Shown here: piece after piece, positions 38,818-52,007 of the stretch | How positions within the stretch are numbered: the first letter of the stretch is position 1 | How the letters are laid out: each line of letters starts with the position of its first letter | Assembly (NCBI GenBank): GCA_002269645.1 | Contig: NIVC01001757.1 | Span: forward strand, 1-64,000 | DNA from: Macrostomum lignano | Lineage: Eukaryota | DNA: 64,000 bases | Direction: 5' to 3' | Made by a program: the position numbers and the translations under genes | The notes under the pieces: generated by a model | Databases searched by the model: none | Seen by the model: only the letters and a program-made list of their open reading frames with translations | What the model was told of the DNA's origin: nothing

Positions 38818-39682
38818 CACCCTACCACACTACCCGTAACCCTACCACACTACCCGTAACCCTACCACACTATCCAGTAACCCTACCACACTATCCAGTA
38901 ACCCTACCACATACCCAGCAACCCTACCACCCTATCCAGCAACCCTACCACACTATCCAGTAACCCTACCACACAACCCGTAACCCTACCACACTACCCG
39001 TATCCCTACCACACTATCCAGTAACCCTACCACACTAACCAGTAACCCTACCACACTAACCAGTAACCCTACCACATACCCAGCAACCCTACCACCCTAT
39101 CCAGTAACCCTACCACACTATCCAGTAACCCTACCACACTACCCGTAACCCTACCACACTATCCAGTAACCCTACCACACTACCCGTAACCCTACCACAC
39201 TACCCAGCAACCCTACCACACTACCCAGTAACCCTACCACACTATCCAGCAACCCTACCACACTATCCAGTAACCCTACCACACTACCCGTAACCCTACC
39301 ACACTACCCGTAACCCTACCACACTACCCAGTAACCCTACCACACTATCCAGTAACCCTACCACACTACCCAGTAACCCTATCTCACTATCCAGTAACCC
39401 TACCACACTACCCGTAACCCTACCACACTACCCAGTAACCCTACCACACTACCCAGTAACCCTACCACACTATCCAGTAACCCTACCACACTACCCGTAA
39501 CCCTACCACACTATCCAGTAACCCTACCACATGTGGTAGTAACCACACTACCCAGTAACCCTACCACACTACCCCTGTAACCCTACCACACTACCCAGTA
39601 ACCCTACCACACTACCCCTGTAACCCTACCACACTACCCAGTAACCCTACCACACTACCCCTGTAACCCGACCACACTATAG
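38818..39682. repeat. 20-21 bp minisatellite (GTAACCCTACCACACTATCCA)
   Basis: Visible directly. Confidence 0.94.
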
Positions 39683-40877
39683 CAGGTAGCTACATGTTGC
39701 AGCCCAAGAAATATGAAAATAAATGAATGAAACATTAGCTAACAAATTTGTTTATTTTACCATCTGCACTTCAGTTTCTGGGGCCTCGCATTATCGTACA
39801 CGGATGCGATGCATTTGTTTTAGTTGCATGCTGGTAGAAAGGACAACACCCGTGCCTGCAGACTGGCAGTTATGGACTCAACAACTGCTCATGCAGGCTT
39901 GTACGTATTCCAGTTGAAGCGTTCCTCTCTCTATAAGCCCAGGCTCACACACGACTTTACACAGGCACTCGAGCGCTCATTACCAACACTAAAAGTACAA
40001 ACTCCCTGGCCTCTTTCCTTTAATTTCAAACAATATTTTTATATTTCCGATATTCCGATATTTTAGGGGGTGAAATTGAAAATACTTCTCTATAAAGTTG
40101 TCTTATTGTCAAACCAAAGTTATAAAAAAGAATTTTTTGTCGCTATTAAACAAAAAACTGACTTTCAAAATCGCTATAGTAATTTTTACAATAAAATATC
40201 TTTAATCCTACTATAAGTAGAGAACTGCGAATATTAGTTTTCATCCGTATTATTTCAACGTTTTGGATTGTAATTTCGGATAAAGTTTCGATAGCGAAAT
40301 TCATCACAGACATGACACAAGCACAAATGCCACTGTCTGAGGCCTCATATTGGTACAGATTAAATAGACTTTATAAACAGTTTGCACACAAGATTATAAC
40401 TCGCAATAGAAGTACGTCAAAAATATTTATATTCACTAATTTCATGGTATTAATTACTTTAAATTGATCAAACAATATGATGTCTATACAATATAAAAAT
40501 AGACACGCTCCAATAGTTTAAATCTTAATTCCCGCCCTTATCGGCGCCATGGGAACGACACACGGGTTTAGCCTCCCGTCTAGCTATTGAAATTAATTTT
40601 TGGTTTAAAAAATCTATTTTTGTTTTAGATTTGTTTTAAAACAATCAAAAGGGTATAAATCTGACTTTTTGAACTCACTCCGGAAGATATTTTATATTAA
40701 TTGATTTAAAAGTAAATTGGTCAATAACAAACAAAACAGAACAAAAGGCAACATGTAGATAATTATTTCTAGCTCTCAAAAAGAACAGTAAGGAGCGATG
40801 CAGTCAAAAAGCAAGATTAAAATTAAGCTATAACACGACATCAAATCTGCGATTGGGAGTACGTTCAAGTCAATTCT

Positions 40878-41610
40878 TTTCCCTCCACTTCTACCACACC
40901 AGCTAAACTTCACACCCTTTTATGACTCCAATTATCTAAGCGGACTGTGTGGTGTACACATCTCTCCCCTCCACTTCTACCACACCAGCTAAACTTCACA
41001 CCCTTTTATGACTCCAATTATCTAAGCGGACTGTGTGGTGTACAACTCTTCCCTCCACTTCTACCACACCAGCTAAACTTCACACCCTCTTATGACTCCA
41101 ATTATCTAAGCGGACTGTGTGGTTGGTGTACACACATCTCCCCTCCACTTCTACCACACCAGCTAAACTTCGCACCCTTTTATGACTCCAATTATCTAAG
41201 TGGACTGTGTGGTTGGTGTACACACATCTCCCCTCCACTTCTACCACACCAGCTAAACTTCACACCCTCTTATGACTCCAATTATCTAAGCGGACTGTGT
41301 GGTTGGTGTACACACATCTCCCCTCCACTTCTACCACACCAGCTAAACTTCACACCCTTTTATGACTCCAATTATCTAAGCGGACTGTGCGGTGTACAAC
41401 TCTTCCCTCCACTTCTACCACACCAGCTAAACTTCACACCCTCTTATGACTCCAATTATCTAAGCGGACTGTGTGGTTGGTGTACACACATCTCCCCTCC
41501 ACTTCTACCACACCAGCTAAACTTCGCACCCTTTTGACTCCAGTTATCTAAGCGGACTGTGTGGTGTACAACTCTTCCCTCCACTTCTACCCCGCCAGCT
41601 AAACTTCAGT
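40878..41610. repeat. 85-90 bp minisatellite, about 8-9 copies, just past the 3-beta-HSD stop
   Basis: CCCTCCACTTCTACCACACCAGCTAAACTTC... recurs about every 85-90 bp. Confidence 0.93.
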
Positions 41611-41768
41611 GGCCTACATATTTGTGCGAATAGCCAGTGGCCTGTATCAAGTGCGACGCAATAATTGTTATAACATCAATTAAAACATTTTCCAGGTCCA
41701 GCAGGCCTCAAAGCCAGGATACAGTGGTATCACACTATTTAGATTATGTAAGTCAGGCCGTAATTCTA

Positions 41769-42577
41769 TCAGATCTCCATAGCCGAGTAGTAAGCCAAGC
41801 TTCTAGCAAAGCTATCCTCTGGCGAGTACACTGGCGCGTACTTTAGCCGCGACCGAATCTTACCGGCGTCGTAATAACATGTGGTACAGGCCAGGTACAA
41901 TTCGTTTTTAGTAAAAGCTAATGGAACGCGAACTATAGGCGAAATGGCCATCGCTAGCAGCTCCAGCAGCCACCAGAAGACAAAGACCAGCACTAGAGGC
42001 ACGGACACACCAAGCAGGCGGACACCGTGAGCTCGTAGAAACGGTCGGACAAACTGAAAATTCGAATTCAATGGAGTATCGTCCGTGACCAGATAGGCCT
42101 GACCGCTAATCTGCTGGCGCATTGACGGGTCCAGCAGGCAGCGCATTGCGCACACGTGCGCCCAAGCCACGTTGCCAACGTAGACCCGTTGAATCTGGGC
42201 GTCCGGACTGCCCAGATGCGGCATCAGGCCGAAGAAACGCTTCCCGGCTCGAATAAACGTTGGTATAAATTTCAGATCGCCTTCGCCGTAGATGCCAACG
42301 GGTCGGATTATTAAAGTGCACAATGGCCGGCTGTTGTTGTTGTCGCCGCCGATACTGGAACAATTGGCGTCTAGTACGGAGCGTTCGGCTAAACGTTTGC
42401 TAGTGGCGTAGCCATTTAACAGGTCCACCTCGCCTTTGCCGCTACCTTCGGTGGCGTCGATGTCGGCCTCGGTGAAGCCCTCGACAGGTTTGTAGCAGCG
42501 GCCGAGCTCCGATGTGCTGGTGAAGATTAGATTTGGCACACGACACTCGCGGCAGGCGTCTATGACGTTCTGCGTGC
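41769..42577 (-). CDS. HSD3B: 3-beta-hydroxysteroid dehydrogenase/isomerase-family SDR, exon 3 (last)
   Basis: GTQNVIDACRECRVPNLIFTST, catalytic YATSK, IRPVGIYGEGD, VYVGNVAWAH, GQAYLVTDDTP; TTACAG| acceptor. The three exons sum to 1155 nt (384 aa). Confidence 0.9.
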
Positions 42578-43846
42578 CTGTAAGGGGGGTTGAGTGCGCA
42601 GGCTAGAAACTTCCTCGATTTCTATTGGCTGGCAAGCGAGTGACCCAAACCCCCTCACTCCAAACCGTAGGCTTTGAAGACTTCCTCAATGCTCATTGGC
42701 TGACATTAGTTATGTACGTTGAGGCCCCCACCCCACTCCTTGCACGAGGCCTCTACCAAACCACCTCACTCCAAGCCCAAGCACTAAAGAGATCTGACTT
42801 CCGCGGGAAATACTATACGATTTTCATTTTTAACTCACCCCACGTTCCACCGACATTGACTAATCAAAGGTTTGCTTATTTCTTTACCTGAATTCTTCAA
42901 GTACAATTGGTTTGTAATGATGGCAAATTTTTTTAGCTATACTTGATTTATTTGGTTTATAGCAAAACTGAAATCGTATTTTTTCCTTCTCCCCTGTGGG
43001 GGGGGCGCAGATTGCTAGTCTAATTTACTAAATAGAAACCGATCTCTGACGCAAGTTCTAATGCATTGTACGCATTAAAATCTACCCCCAACAATGCTTA
43101 GTAGCATATAGTCGCTAATCATTTTTTTATTTTTTTATTTTGTGTACTGCATGGTTAAAAAACTTGCGGTCGGGAGCGGTAGAGGACAGACGTCAGGGGA
43201 GGAGAGCAGTGAGGCAGTGATAGTAGCTACGAGCAAAATTAGAAAAAGTAAAGCAGCTGTCATCTACTAGGGGAGGGGGGATCTATTACAGATGCGGGTT
43301 CGATCTGGTCCTGTTTTAGAGAGAACGAGAGCGAGAGCAAGTCCCACTGCACTTAATTGTGCGTCCACTCCATGTGGCGTCCAGAGAGAAAGAATGTTAA
43401 ACAGGGAGAGGTTTCTATTGAAGGCGTTGAGTAGGGGATACGCATCGATATCCTTATTTATTGATTTCGCTATCAGGCTACTCACATAGAAAACTGGAGG
43501 CGGAGGGTGGGGACTTTGAGATATTTCCGAATGAATTCAACAATAGATCTAAGATACTGTCTGTAGTGCCGAATATGTCTCCGTTGCTGAATGCACTAGC
43601 GCTAAAATACTCTGCAGCTAAATTCTAATGTAACAGTTTTACATAGCTCCACTCAGCTGTACTCAACTCAACTCTACTCTACCCTACCCAACTTAGTACA
43701 TACTCTACTCTCTAACCTACCATAATCTAACCTAATCTACCCTACCCTACATCCCCTACTCTACTCTATTCTAAACCTTCTCTCTCTCTCTCTTCTAATT
43801 CAGGTCAAAGACCAAGTCCAATTCAATGCTCTGATGACAAGCTCAC

Positions 43847-44005
43847 CCAAAATGTTAACGTCATTCATTCGGACCACATCCGGGTAGAGTCCCAACTCTA
43901 TCAGAGCGGCAGTGTGAATAACGCAGTCGACATTGCGAAAGGCCGGCACCAGTTGTGCCTTGTCAGTGACGTCAGCCGATACAAATCGAAGTGCGGTGGA
44001 ACCGT
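43847..44005 (-). CDS. HSD3B: 3-beta-HSD-family exon 2
   Basis: FVSADVTDKAQLVPAFRNVDCVIHTAALIELG...VNILG; TTGCAG| acceptor and |GTGAGC donor, phase 1/1. Confidence 0.88.
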
Positions 44006-44094
44006 CTGCAAACGTTTTTATGCGTAGCGTTTTAATCAGCTGTCGTTTACTAAACAATTGTAGTGGTGTTTAATTAAAAATGCCGGTTTTACAA

Positions 44095-44866
44095 GGGCAG
44101 TTAGCCCTTTTTAGACGCCTTTTACACACCTGTTAGATACCATTAGATACCTGTTAGATACCATTTAGACACCTCTTAGACACCTGTTAAATGCCGTTTA
44201 GACAAACCTGTTAAAAACCGGTAGGACACCTATTTTTTACCTGTTAGACGCCTGTTAAAAACACGTGCTGGGCATCAGCTAAAACATCTGTTAGGAAACC
44301 TGTTGAACATCATGTTAGACGCCTGTTAGACGCTTGTAATACACCTGCCAGAAACATTTTAGATATCTATTAGGAGCTTGTTAGATACCTGTTAGACAAT
44401 TATTAGATAACTGTTAGACACCTATTAAATAACTTTATTAGACTCGGATTATACACTTGCTAGACATTGATTAGATACCTGTTAGACACCTATTAGATAC
44501 CTGTTAGACACTTATTAGACACCTGTTAGATACCTGTTAGACACTTATTAGACACCTGTTAGACACCTGTTAGACACGTGTTAGACACCTGTCAGAGACT
44601 TGTTAGACACCTGTTAGAGACCTATTAGATAACTGTTTTAGACTCGGATTAGACACTTGTTAGACATTGATTAGATACCTGTTAGACACCTATTAGATAC
44701 CTGTTAGACACCTATTAGATACCTGTTAGACACATGTTAGACACCTGTTAGAAACCTGTTAGACACGTGTTAACACCTGTCAGACACCTGTTAGACACGT
44801 GTTAGACACCTGTTAGACACGTGTTAGACACGTGTCAGACACCTGTTAGACACCTGTTAGACACCG
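44095..44866. repeat. 11-bp degenerate repeat (ACACCTGTTAG) in 3-beta-HSD intron 1
   Basis: Visible directly. Confidence 0.88.
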
Positions 44867-44887
44867 GTCCTAATTAATCACACTAAC

Positions 44888-45074
44888 CGGTACCATCCAG
44901 ACAGAAGCCAGCGGGCAGGGGCCGAATATCCAGTGCAATAATAACAGCCACCTCCGAGCAGCTCGCCAGTTGTTTAATCAGCTTCTTTCCTAGAAAACCG
45001 CTGCCGCCGGTCACCAGAACTGTAGCCCGTGGCTGAACCGCAGACCGCCTATTGCTGCTACTAGCACTAATCAT
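44888..45074 (-). CDS. HSD3B: 3-beta-HSD-family exon 1 (Rossmann fold)
   Basis: VLVTGGSGFLG motif. Donor GTTAGT after 44888; an alternative in-phase donor lies after 44894. Confidence 0.85.
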
Positions 45075-45644
45075 GACTGCTCAAGCCTGTAAAGAACTGC
45101 GCGTACACTTCTTCAAATTTTGCTTTTCCACAGCGGTAAAAAAATGAATTGCGCTCGACCGAAGCTATAACTGGGATCACCAGTTGGCATGTTATATAAA
45201 CTAAGGGAAGTCTGCTTGGCTAGAGAGGGATGCCCAGGTAGGGGGGGGGGGCGGGGTGGCTGCACTGCTAGTCGGTTGGCTCTTTTTCTGCGAGCCACTC
45301 AAATAGCTTGAAACAATAGGGAATAGAGAAAAACGATTACTATACTTTATAGATTAATATTCCATATTTTGTTAAGCCAGCTCATTGGCTTAAGCATAAG
45401 ACCCAGCCAACCCCACACCTTACAGCGGCGATCAGGGACAGATTTCAGTCGGTCGGTTAAAACAAGATTAAATAATAAAATTTGATTTTCATACGTTATT
45501 TCGGAGCTTAGCGGGCTGAAATCAACTGATGTGAGTGCCATTCTGTAGTATGGTTCTAATACTATTTATAATACATACTCATTAGTATGAGTAACCGATT
45601 GGGTTTAAAATTTGATAGACGACAAACCTCTTGGTTTAGAGTGT

Positions 45645-45872
45645 CAGATGCGCCATTTTGAGAGTCAGATGCGCCAGTTTGAGTGTCAAATGTGCCAGTT
45701 TGAGTGTCAAATGTGCCAGTTTGAGTGTCAAATGTGCCAGTTTGAGTGTCAGATGTGCCAGTTTGAGTGTCAAATGTGCCAGTTTGAGTGTCAAATGTGC
45801 CAGTTTGAGTGTCAGATGTGCCAGTTTGAGTGTCAAATGTGCCAGTTTGAGTGTCAAATGTGCCAGTTTGAG
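45645..45872. repeat. 21-bp minisatellite (CCAGTTTGAGTGTCAAATGTG)
   Basis: About 10 near-perfect units. Confidence 0.93.
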
Positions 45873-46540
45873 TAGCAGCTGCACCAGTCAGTCGGCATGG
45901 GCCATAGACAGAAGCTAGAAGGCCTGTCTAACCTAAACCCGATCCCAAACCTTCTAGACAGAAGCTAGAAGGCCTGTCTAACCTAAACCTGATCCCAAAG
46001 ATCATGCTAGGCGAACTTTCTTCTCTCTCAACTCCCCTATTTGGGTCAGGTAGACAGGCCTAGCTAATATGGGTAATTTTACCTCACCAAATAAATCAAA
46101 GTCATGACCCAGTAGTGCAGATTAGTCGAAACACGATCAAGGTAACTAGGAAGTGGTTCCATCCCAAAAAATGGGATAGATGATTCTTGCACACCTGACT
46201 GACTGAGTGACATTGATGAGTGCTTTAACGAAGCCATGAAAATGGAGACAGGAATTCATGCAAAGATCCACACACACAAGAATAAAGCGCTTGCATTTGG
46301 TTCTTTTCACTCGTCTGTAAAAAACGTAGTTTAAAAATCCTAAACACAAATTGAAAAGAGCTTTGATCCCTTATAAGTACAGGTGAAGCATGTACTTTTT
46401 AGGATTACGGTATAAAGAACCTACAAGAGCCAATAAAGAACGCTTATGCATTTACTATGGTCTTGAGAAATAGATTCAGATTTTGCCACAGATACTATAT
46501 ATCTGTGGATTTTCCTTGTTCGAAGTTGTCTATGGCGAAA

Positions 46541-46987
46541 CCACAGATACTAAAATGACTAGATGGGCCACTCAGGCATATATACTTAGTAAAACAGTTT
46601 TCTACTTTCAGTTCAGTAGCAAAGAAGAATACGTAAGCTATTTTATAAAAATAAAGGCAGCTGAAATGACTTCTGATAAGTTTAGAAGCCCAAGCTTGCA
46701 GGCGTAAGCAACTTGCTAATTGGTTCAGCACTAATGTACATTAGCCAGTCCACTGAAATGTACATGGCAGCTTTAGGCTGGAATTCCGAGAAAGGCAATT
46801 AAAATTGGGGCGGGGGATAGTAGTGTTAAGTCGCGGTTTGAGGGAGGGTTTAAGTTGGGGGGGGGCAAGACCCAATAAATGAGCCTTGGCTTTAAAATAC
46901 ATTAAGATGCTTCTGTTTAACTTACTACTGAACTGAAAGTAGCTTACACGCAAATTTAGGCCTAATTAGTTATTATAGTATCTGTGG
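46541..46987. mobile_element. Degenerate MITE-like inverted-repeat element
   Basis: Imperfect inverted termini CCACAGATACTAAAATGACTAG / TAGTTATTATAGTATCTGTGG plus a perfect 18-bp inverted pair (46602-46619 and 46925-46942). Confidence 0.5.
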
Positions 46988-47566
46988 GCGAAGCCACCAA
47001 ATTCAGCGCAAGAGATACAACAGTTGCACGTTCTTTAACGACCTCCAGATCATTTCTAAGAAAGCTAATTCATCCGCAATTATTTTTTCTACTTCGAAGT
47101 TGCTAGAACTCTACTATTAGTAGACTGATCGGATTTTATTCGAAAAATAAGACAAAATTTACAGATTTAATTGTCTTTTATAAGTCCTGTCCTGTCCACC
47201 GTGGAGTTGCGGGCTTGAGGTGCGGCGTTATTTTAAAACTTCTCTTAAGCGTATCTTATTAGCCTCTATCCATAGCTACAATTATACTCTGGCTCATATT
47301 TAGACCGAATATGAGAATTTACACCATACAAGCTGCGGGAAAGCAGAGAGCTTTTGTTGTGCGGTTTTTGCGTTTCGCGCATTTCGTTTGACAGCTAACT
47401 TTAATTTATCTGAGCCTCCAAAGCTGCCTGCTGGATGAAAGCCAATTAAAGAGAGGCTGACAGAGAACACACGAGGGTGGTATCACACCTACTTTTAAAC
47501 TGTAGACTATGATTGTGCTCCGCTCAGATCTGAAAGCTAAAATCTTATCTTCTATAATTCTAAGAA

Positions 47567-47799
47567 ATGAAATTCATGCGTTTTCGCAAACGATTGATCT
47601 TAGCCGCTGTCTGCTTGGTTGTAACTTTAATCTGCTGTCTGCGAACAGGTCTCAGGCGCTATGCCTATTATGGAGAGCACTTCAAATGTCAGCCAGTGAT
47701 GACGTCATCATTGCGGAGACCTTGGCGAAGCTGGCCAAGGATTCGGCCAGCTGATCCGTGGATTTTGCCGCCGTTGGTGCCACCGAGTCAGCTGACTTG
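47567..47799 (+). pseudogene. GT31 beta-1,3-glycosyltransferase (B3GALT/B3GNT-like) exon 1, type II membrane anchor
   Basis: MKFMRFRKR basic tail plus hydrophobic LILAAVCLVVTLICCL; donor TG|GTGCGT, phase 2, fits exon 2. Confidence 0.65.
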
Positions 47800-47859
47800 G
47801 TGCGTTCTTTGTTGGCTTAAATTTATTGTTTTTGACACTGAGAGTGACAGCAGTCTGTG

Positions 47860-48812
47860 ACAGTCTAGATATGGAAGAAGTGACAGAATTGTCTAACACA
47901 GATTAAAGAGAGTGACAGTTCTGTAGCACACAGATTCACGGGAGTGACACAGTTCTGTAGCACACAGATTCATGGGAGTGACACAGTTCTGTAGCACACA
48001 GATTCGAGAGAGTGACAGTTCTGTAGCACACAGATTCAAGAGAGTGACACAGTTCTGTAGCACACAGTTTCAAGAGAGTGACACAGTTCTGTAGCACACA
48101 GATTCAAGAGAGTGACACAGTTCTGTAACACACAGATTCACGGGAGTGACACAGTTCTGTAGCACACAGATTCAGAAGAGTGACACAGTTCTGTAGCACA
48201 CAGATTCAAGAGAGTGACACAGTTCTGTAGCACACAGATTCAAGAGAGTGACACAGTTCTGTAGCACACAGATTCAAGAGAGTGACACAGTTCTGTAGCA
48301 CACAGATTCAAGAGAGTGACACAGTTCTGTAGCACACAGATTCAGAAGAGTGACACAGTTCTGTAGCACACAGATTCAAGAGAGTCACAAAGTTCTGTAG
48401 CTCACAGATTCACCCTCACGGAAGTGACACAGTTCTGTAGCACACAGATTCACGGGAGTGACACAGTTCTGTAGCTCACAGATTCACGGGAGTGACACAG
48501 TTCTGTAGCACACAGATTCACAGGAGTGACACAGTTCTGTAGCACACTGCAGATTCACAGGAGTGACACAGTTCTGTAGCACACAGATTCACAGGAGTGA
48601 CACAGTTCTGTAGCACACAGATTCAAGAGAGTGACACAGTTCTGTAGCACACAGATTTACCCTCACGGAAGTGACACAGTTCTGTAACACACAGATTCAC
48701 GGGAGTGACATAGTTCTGTAGCACACAGATTCACAGGAGTGACACAGTTCTGTAGCACACAGATTCACGGGAGTGACACAGTTCTGTAGCACACAGATTC
48801 ACGGGAGTGACA
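47860..48812. repeat. About 34-bp minisatellite in GT31 intron 1
   Basis: GTGACACAGTTCTGTAGCACACAGATTCAAGAGA units. Confidence 0.94.
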
Positions 48813-48861
48813 TTTCTGTAACACCAAAAAGCAAGTCATTAACACCACCGATTTCCAGCAG

Positions 48862-49309
48862 GTCCCAGCTAAAAGTTCGCAGAGGTTCCAGTCGGCATCA
48901 ATTAGTCCTCCAAGACTTATACACAGCCCAGTTCCCGGTTCCAGCTGTGCCACTGAGCACGGCAACTCCTTCAGACTCCATCGCTATCAGCCTAGTGATC
49001 ATAGTGAAATCTGCAATAGGCAACTTTGCCTCTAGAAGAGCGATTCGAACAACATGGGGCAATCCGCAGTTTTGGCCTGAAGGCACCCTATTGAGGTTCA
49101 CTGTCGGATCGCCAGATAAGGCCGAAGTCATGACGCAGCTGCTCGAATGCGATTCGAACAACATGGGGCAATCCGCAGTTTTGGCCTGAAGGCACCCTAT
49201 TGAGGTTCACTGTCGGATCGCCAGATAAGGCCGAAGTCATGACGCAGCTGCTGGAGGAGTGTCGGCAGTTTGGCGATGTCATCGTTCACGGTGGAGGCGA
49301 CGGGTACAG
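48862..49309 (+). pseudogene. GT31 exon 2, frameshifted by a 109-bp tandem duplication
   Basis: LVIIVKSAIGNFASRRAIRTTWG and LLEECRQFGDVIV...GY motifs. The duplication gives a premature TGA at 49187-49189; removing 109 nt restores a 339-nt phase 2/2 exon. Confidence 0.8.
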
Positions 49310-49334
49310 GTGAGTGATTTCGCTAAATCATATT

Positions 49335-49999
49335 CACAATAATCATGGCTAATGGTTCTCAAAAATCATCATGACTAAATGATTCTCAATAATCATCACT
49401 AAATGATTCTCAATAATCATCATCACTAAATGATTCTCAATAATCATCACTAAATGATTCTCAATAATCATTATCACTAAATGATTCTCAATAATCATTA
49501 TCACTAAATGATTCTCAATAATCATTATCACTAAATGATTCTCAATAATCATCATCACTAAATGATTCTCAATAATCATCATGACTAAATGATTCTCCAT
49601 AATCATCATGACTAAATGATTCTCAATAATCATCATCACTAAGTGATTCTCAATAATCATCTTGACTAAAATGATTCTCAATAATCATTATCACTAAATG
49701 ATTCTCAATAATCATTATCACTAAATGATTCTCAATAATCATTATCACTAAATGATTCTCAATAATCATTATCACTAGATGATTCTCAATAATCATTATC
49801 ACTAAATGATTCTCAATAATCATTATCACTAAATGATTCTCTATAATCATCATGACTAAAATGATTCTCAATAATCATCACTAAATGATTCTCAATAATC
49901 ATTATCACTAAATGATTCTCAAAAATCATTATCACTAAATGCTTCTCAATAATCATCATCACTAAATGATTCTCAATAATCATCATGACTAAATGATTC
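49335..49999. repeat. 24-27 bp minisatellite (CTCAATAATCATCATCACTAAATGATT), left part, GT31 intron 2
   Basis: Visible directly; continues at 63099. Confidence 0.95.
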
Positions 50000-51991
50000 T
50001 GATGGGTTTCGACCTTCGGGCTCCTTGTTAGGGAAGCCTTCGGGCCTCAGGCTCAGAAATAAATCAAGACCTGGCCCCCCACTCCTGTCAGATGGTCAGC
50101 CCCATGGTAGCTTGATCGTGTGGCGAGCAGTCTAGGTCCTATAGCTAAGAGAGGGACAGCGAGAGACGAGCAGGGAGAATTTTGAAAGTAGAAATTAGCT
50201 AATCCACAGATCAACTAACTTGCTGCCACCAGCCCGTGCGCCCTGGCTCACCACACCGGGACTCTCGAAATCGGGCTTCCGACTAGAAGGGGCTTTGCAC
50301 TTACCTGCCAACTAGTGTCTTTTTGCTGTCAATCTCGAAGTCATAGCCGATGATAAGGGACACTGCTGGGACTAGATCGCATTGGCCATGCAGGTACAGA
50401 GGGGACTTGTGCAGGGGATTCTTGCGGTGGCGAGTCTATGGGGTAGCTACATGTACTATTACATTGCTAAATACGAAGATATGTACTTTTAGCCTTCAAC
50501 GCGCCAACTAGCCTCTCATAGCGCTGATGATAGGCTAACTCGAACTTCAGAGACCGCATGATTCATTTACCCGAGCCGCTTGGCTACCCTAGAGTGCACA
50601 AAGTACATCTCTGGCGCCGATTCTGCACTTTTGGCAGTTTTGCTCACTGATTTGTTAGATTGGTCGACTGAGAACTGCCTTGCCATTGGTCCACTGTGAC
50701 CGGCGCCTACTAGCTTAGCTACTCATCTGAGCCATCGGCGAACAAAGAAATAAAGCCGACAAAGATAACTGTTAGATTTAACCTTCTCCTTAGTTCACTT
50801 CACACTTTAGATTGAATTGGAGTCTTAGACTACTAGCAGTATTATTGAATGATTCCTGCCTCAGCAGCAGCACTACTGAACAAAATGAGCAAAAGTGTGC
50901 GCCTAATTCAGCTACTGCAACAGGGGACAGAAAAGGGATCACCCAATCAAGCAAGTCTAGGTAGCCTCTCACCCAACCAATCAGAAACTCAACAGCCGGA
51001 GACCAGGTATTCCACAGTGACCGAATCGGCTCGATGCTCTGCAGCTGTAGACTCGGGATGATGCTGTCACAATCTTCGCTGTTAGCTAGCAGGTGATGCT
51101 CTTAACTGGATGTTCGCTGCTGTCGACCGGGGGACTCGTCCTTGATGATGATGGGGGAAGTTGCAATCCGGGGATCAAGAAACGACGGTCGTGCTCCGGG
51201 AACCAGAAGTTGCGCGCTGGGCCCGAGCCAAAGTAAGAAGAAGTTGCGTCCGAGCGGGCCAAAAACTCCGGTTTAAATAGCCGCCAACTGGACCGCAGTT
51301 TGTTATAACAGAACACGTCGATTCTGATTGGCTGAGCCGTTTTGTTAAAATGAGCGCCGAATTTTCTGATTGGCTAAGCTCGTTGCTACCCAGAATCACG
51401 TGACCGAGAGATCCTATCAGTTCCCACAGGGTCGTAAAAAGATGACAGGTGCGGCCATAAATCACTCAAAATCGCAACAAAATGATTTATGACTTTTCGC
51501 GTAGGATTGACAGAAATTAATGAAAAAATATACATTAGAAAGCTCTTATTAAATAGAAAGTGAAGATAATAAAGAGAAATCGCTAATCGCTAATCCCAAG
51601 GTACTTTTAGGGGTAAAACGCATAGCTGTCAAAGCTGTCACACGCTTGAGTGAATCCGAACAATAGGCTCTGACCTCATAAATCTTGATGGCCTGTCAAA
51701 ATGATGAGAAAAAAGCTACCGCCCGCATCCTCTCAGACCATCTGGCGCCCGCTTCAACACTGAGTGAGGCGCAGGTGGCTGTCAGATCAGCTTCGAAAGC
51801 GATGATTTATGACCCAAAAAGCTGCGCCTATGTTATTATGACTACTAGTATGGCCAGACATTATATCTAGTATAGATTCTATGGAAATTCGCAGAAAAAG
51901 GATAAAAATGCCCACTGCCCACTGTTAGTAGGCAAGTAAGTTTAGAGCCCGTGTGCTAGCGCGGGATTTGGGAAAAAGTGCGTCCTCATCA
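50000..51991 (-). mobile_element. 3' LTR (1992 bp)
   Basis: Differs from the 5' LTR by a 5-bp and a 1-bp indel and about 3 substitutions found by eye. Confidence 0.95.
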
Positions 51992-51995
51992 TATG

Positions 51996-52007
51996 CCCCC
52001 CCTATTT
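51996..52007 (-). other. Polypurine-tract-like sequence before the 3' LTR
   Basis: AAATAGGGGGGG, a few nt upstream of the 3' LTR on the element strand. Confidence 0.6.

Noticed and set aside
40878-41610. CRISPR-like appearance of this and other arrays (also 47860-48812)
   Set aside because: No unique spacers, units are contiguous, eukaryotic context, no cas genes.
50790-51870. Short ORFs duplicated in both LTRs
   Set aside because: 60-96 aa, no motifs; duplicated only because they lie within the LTR.
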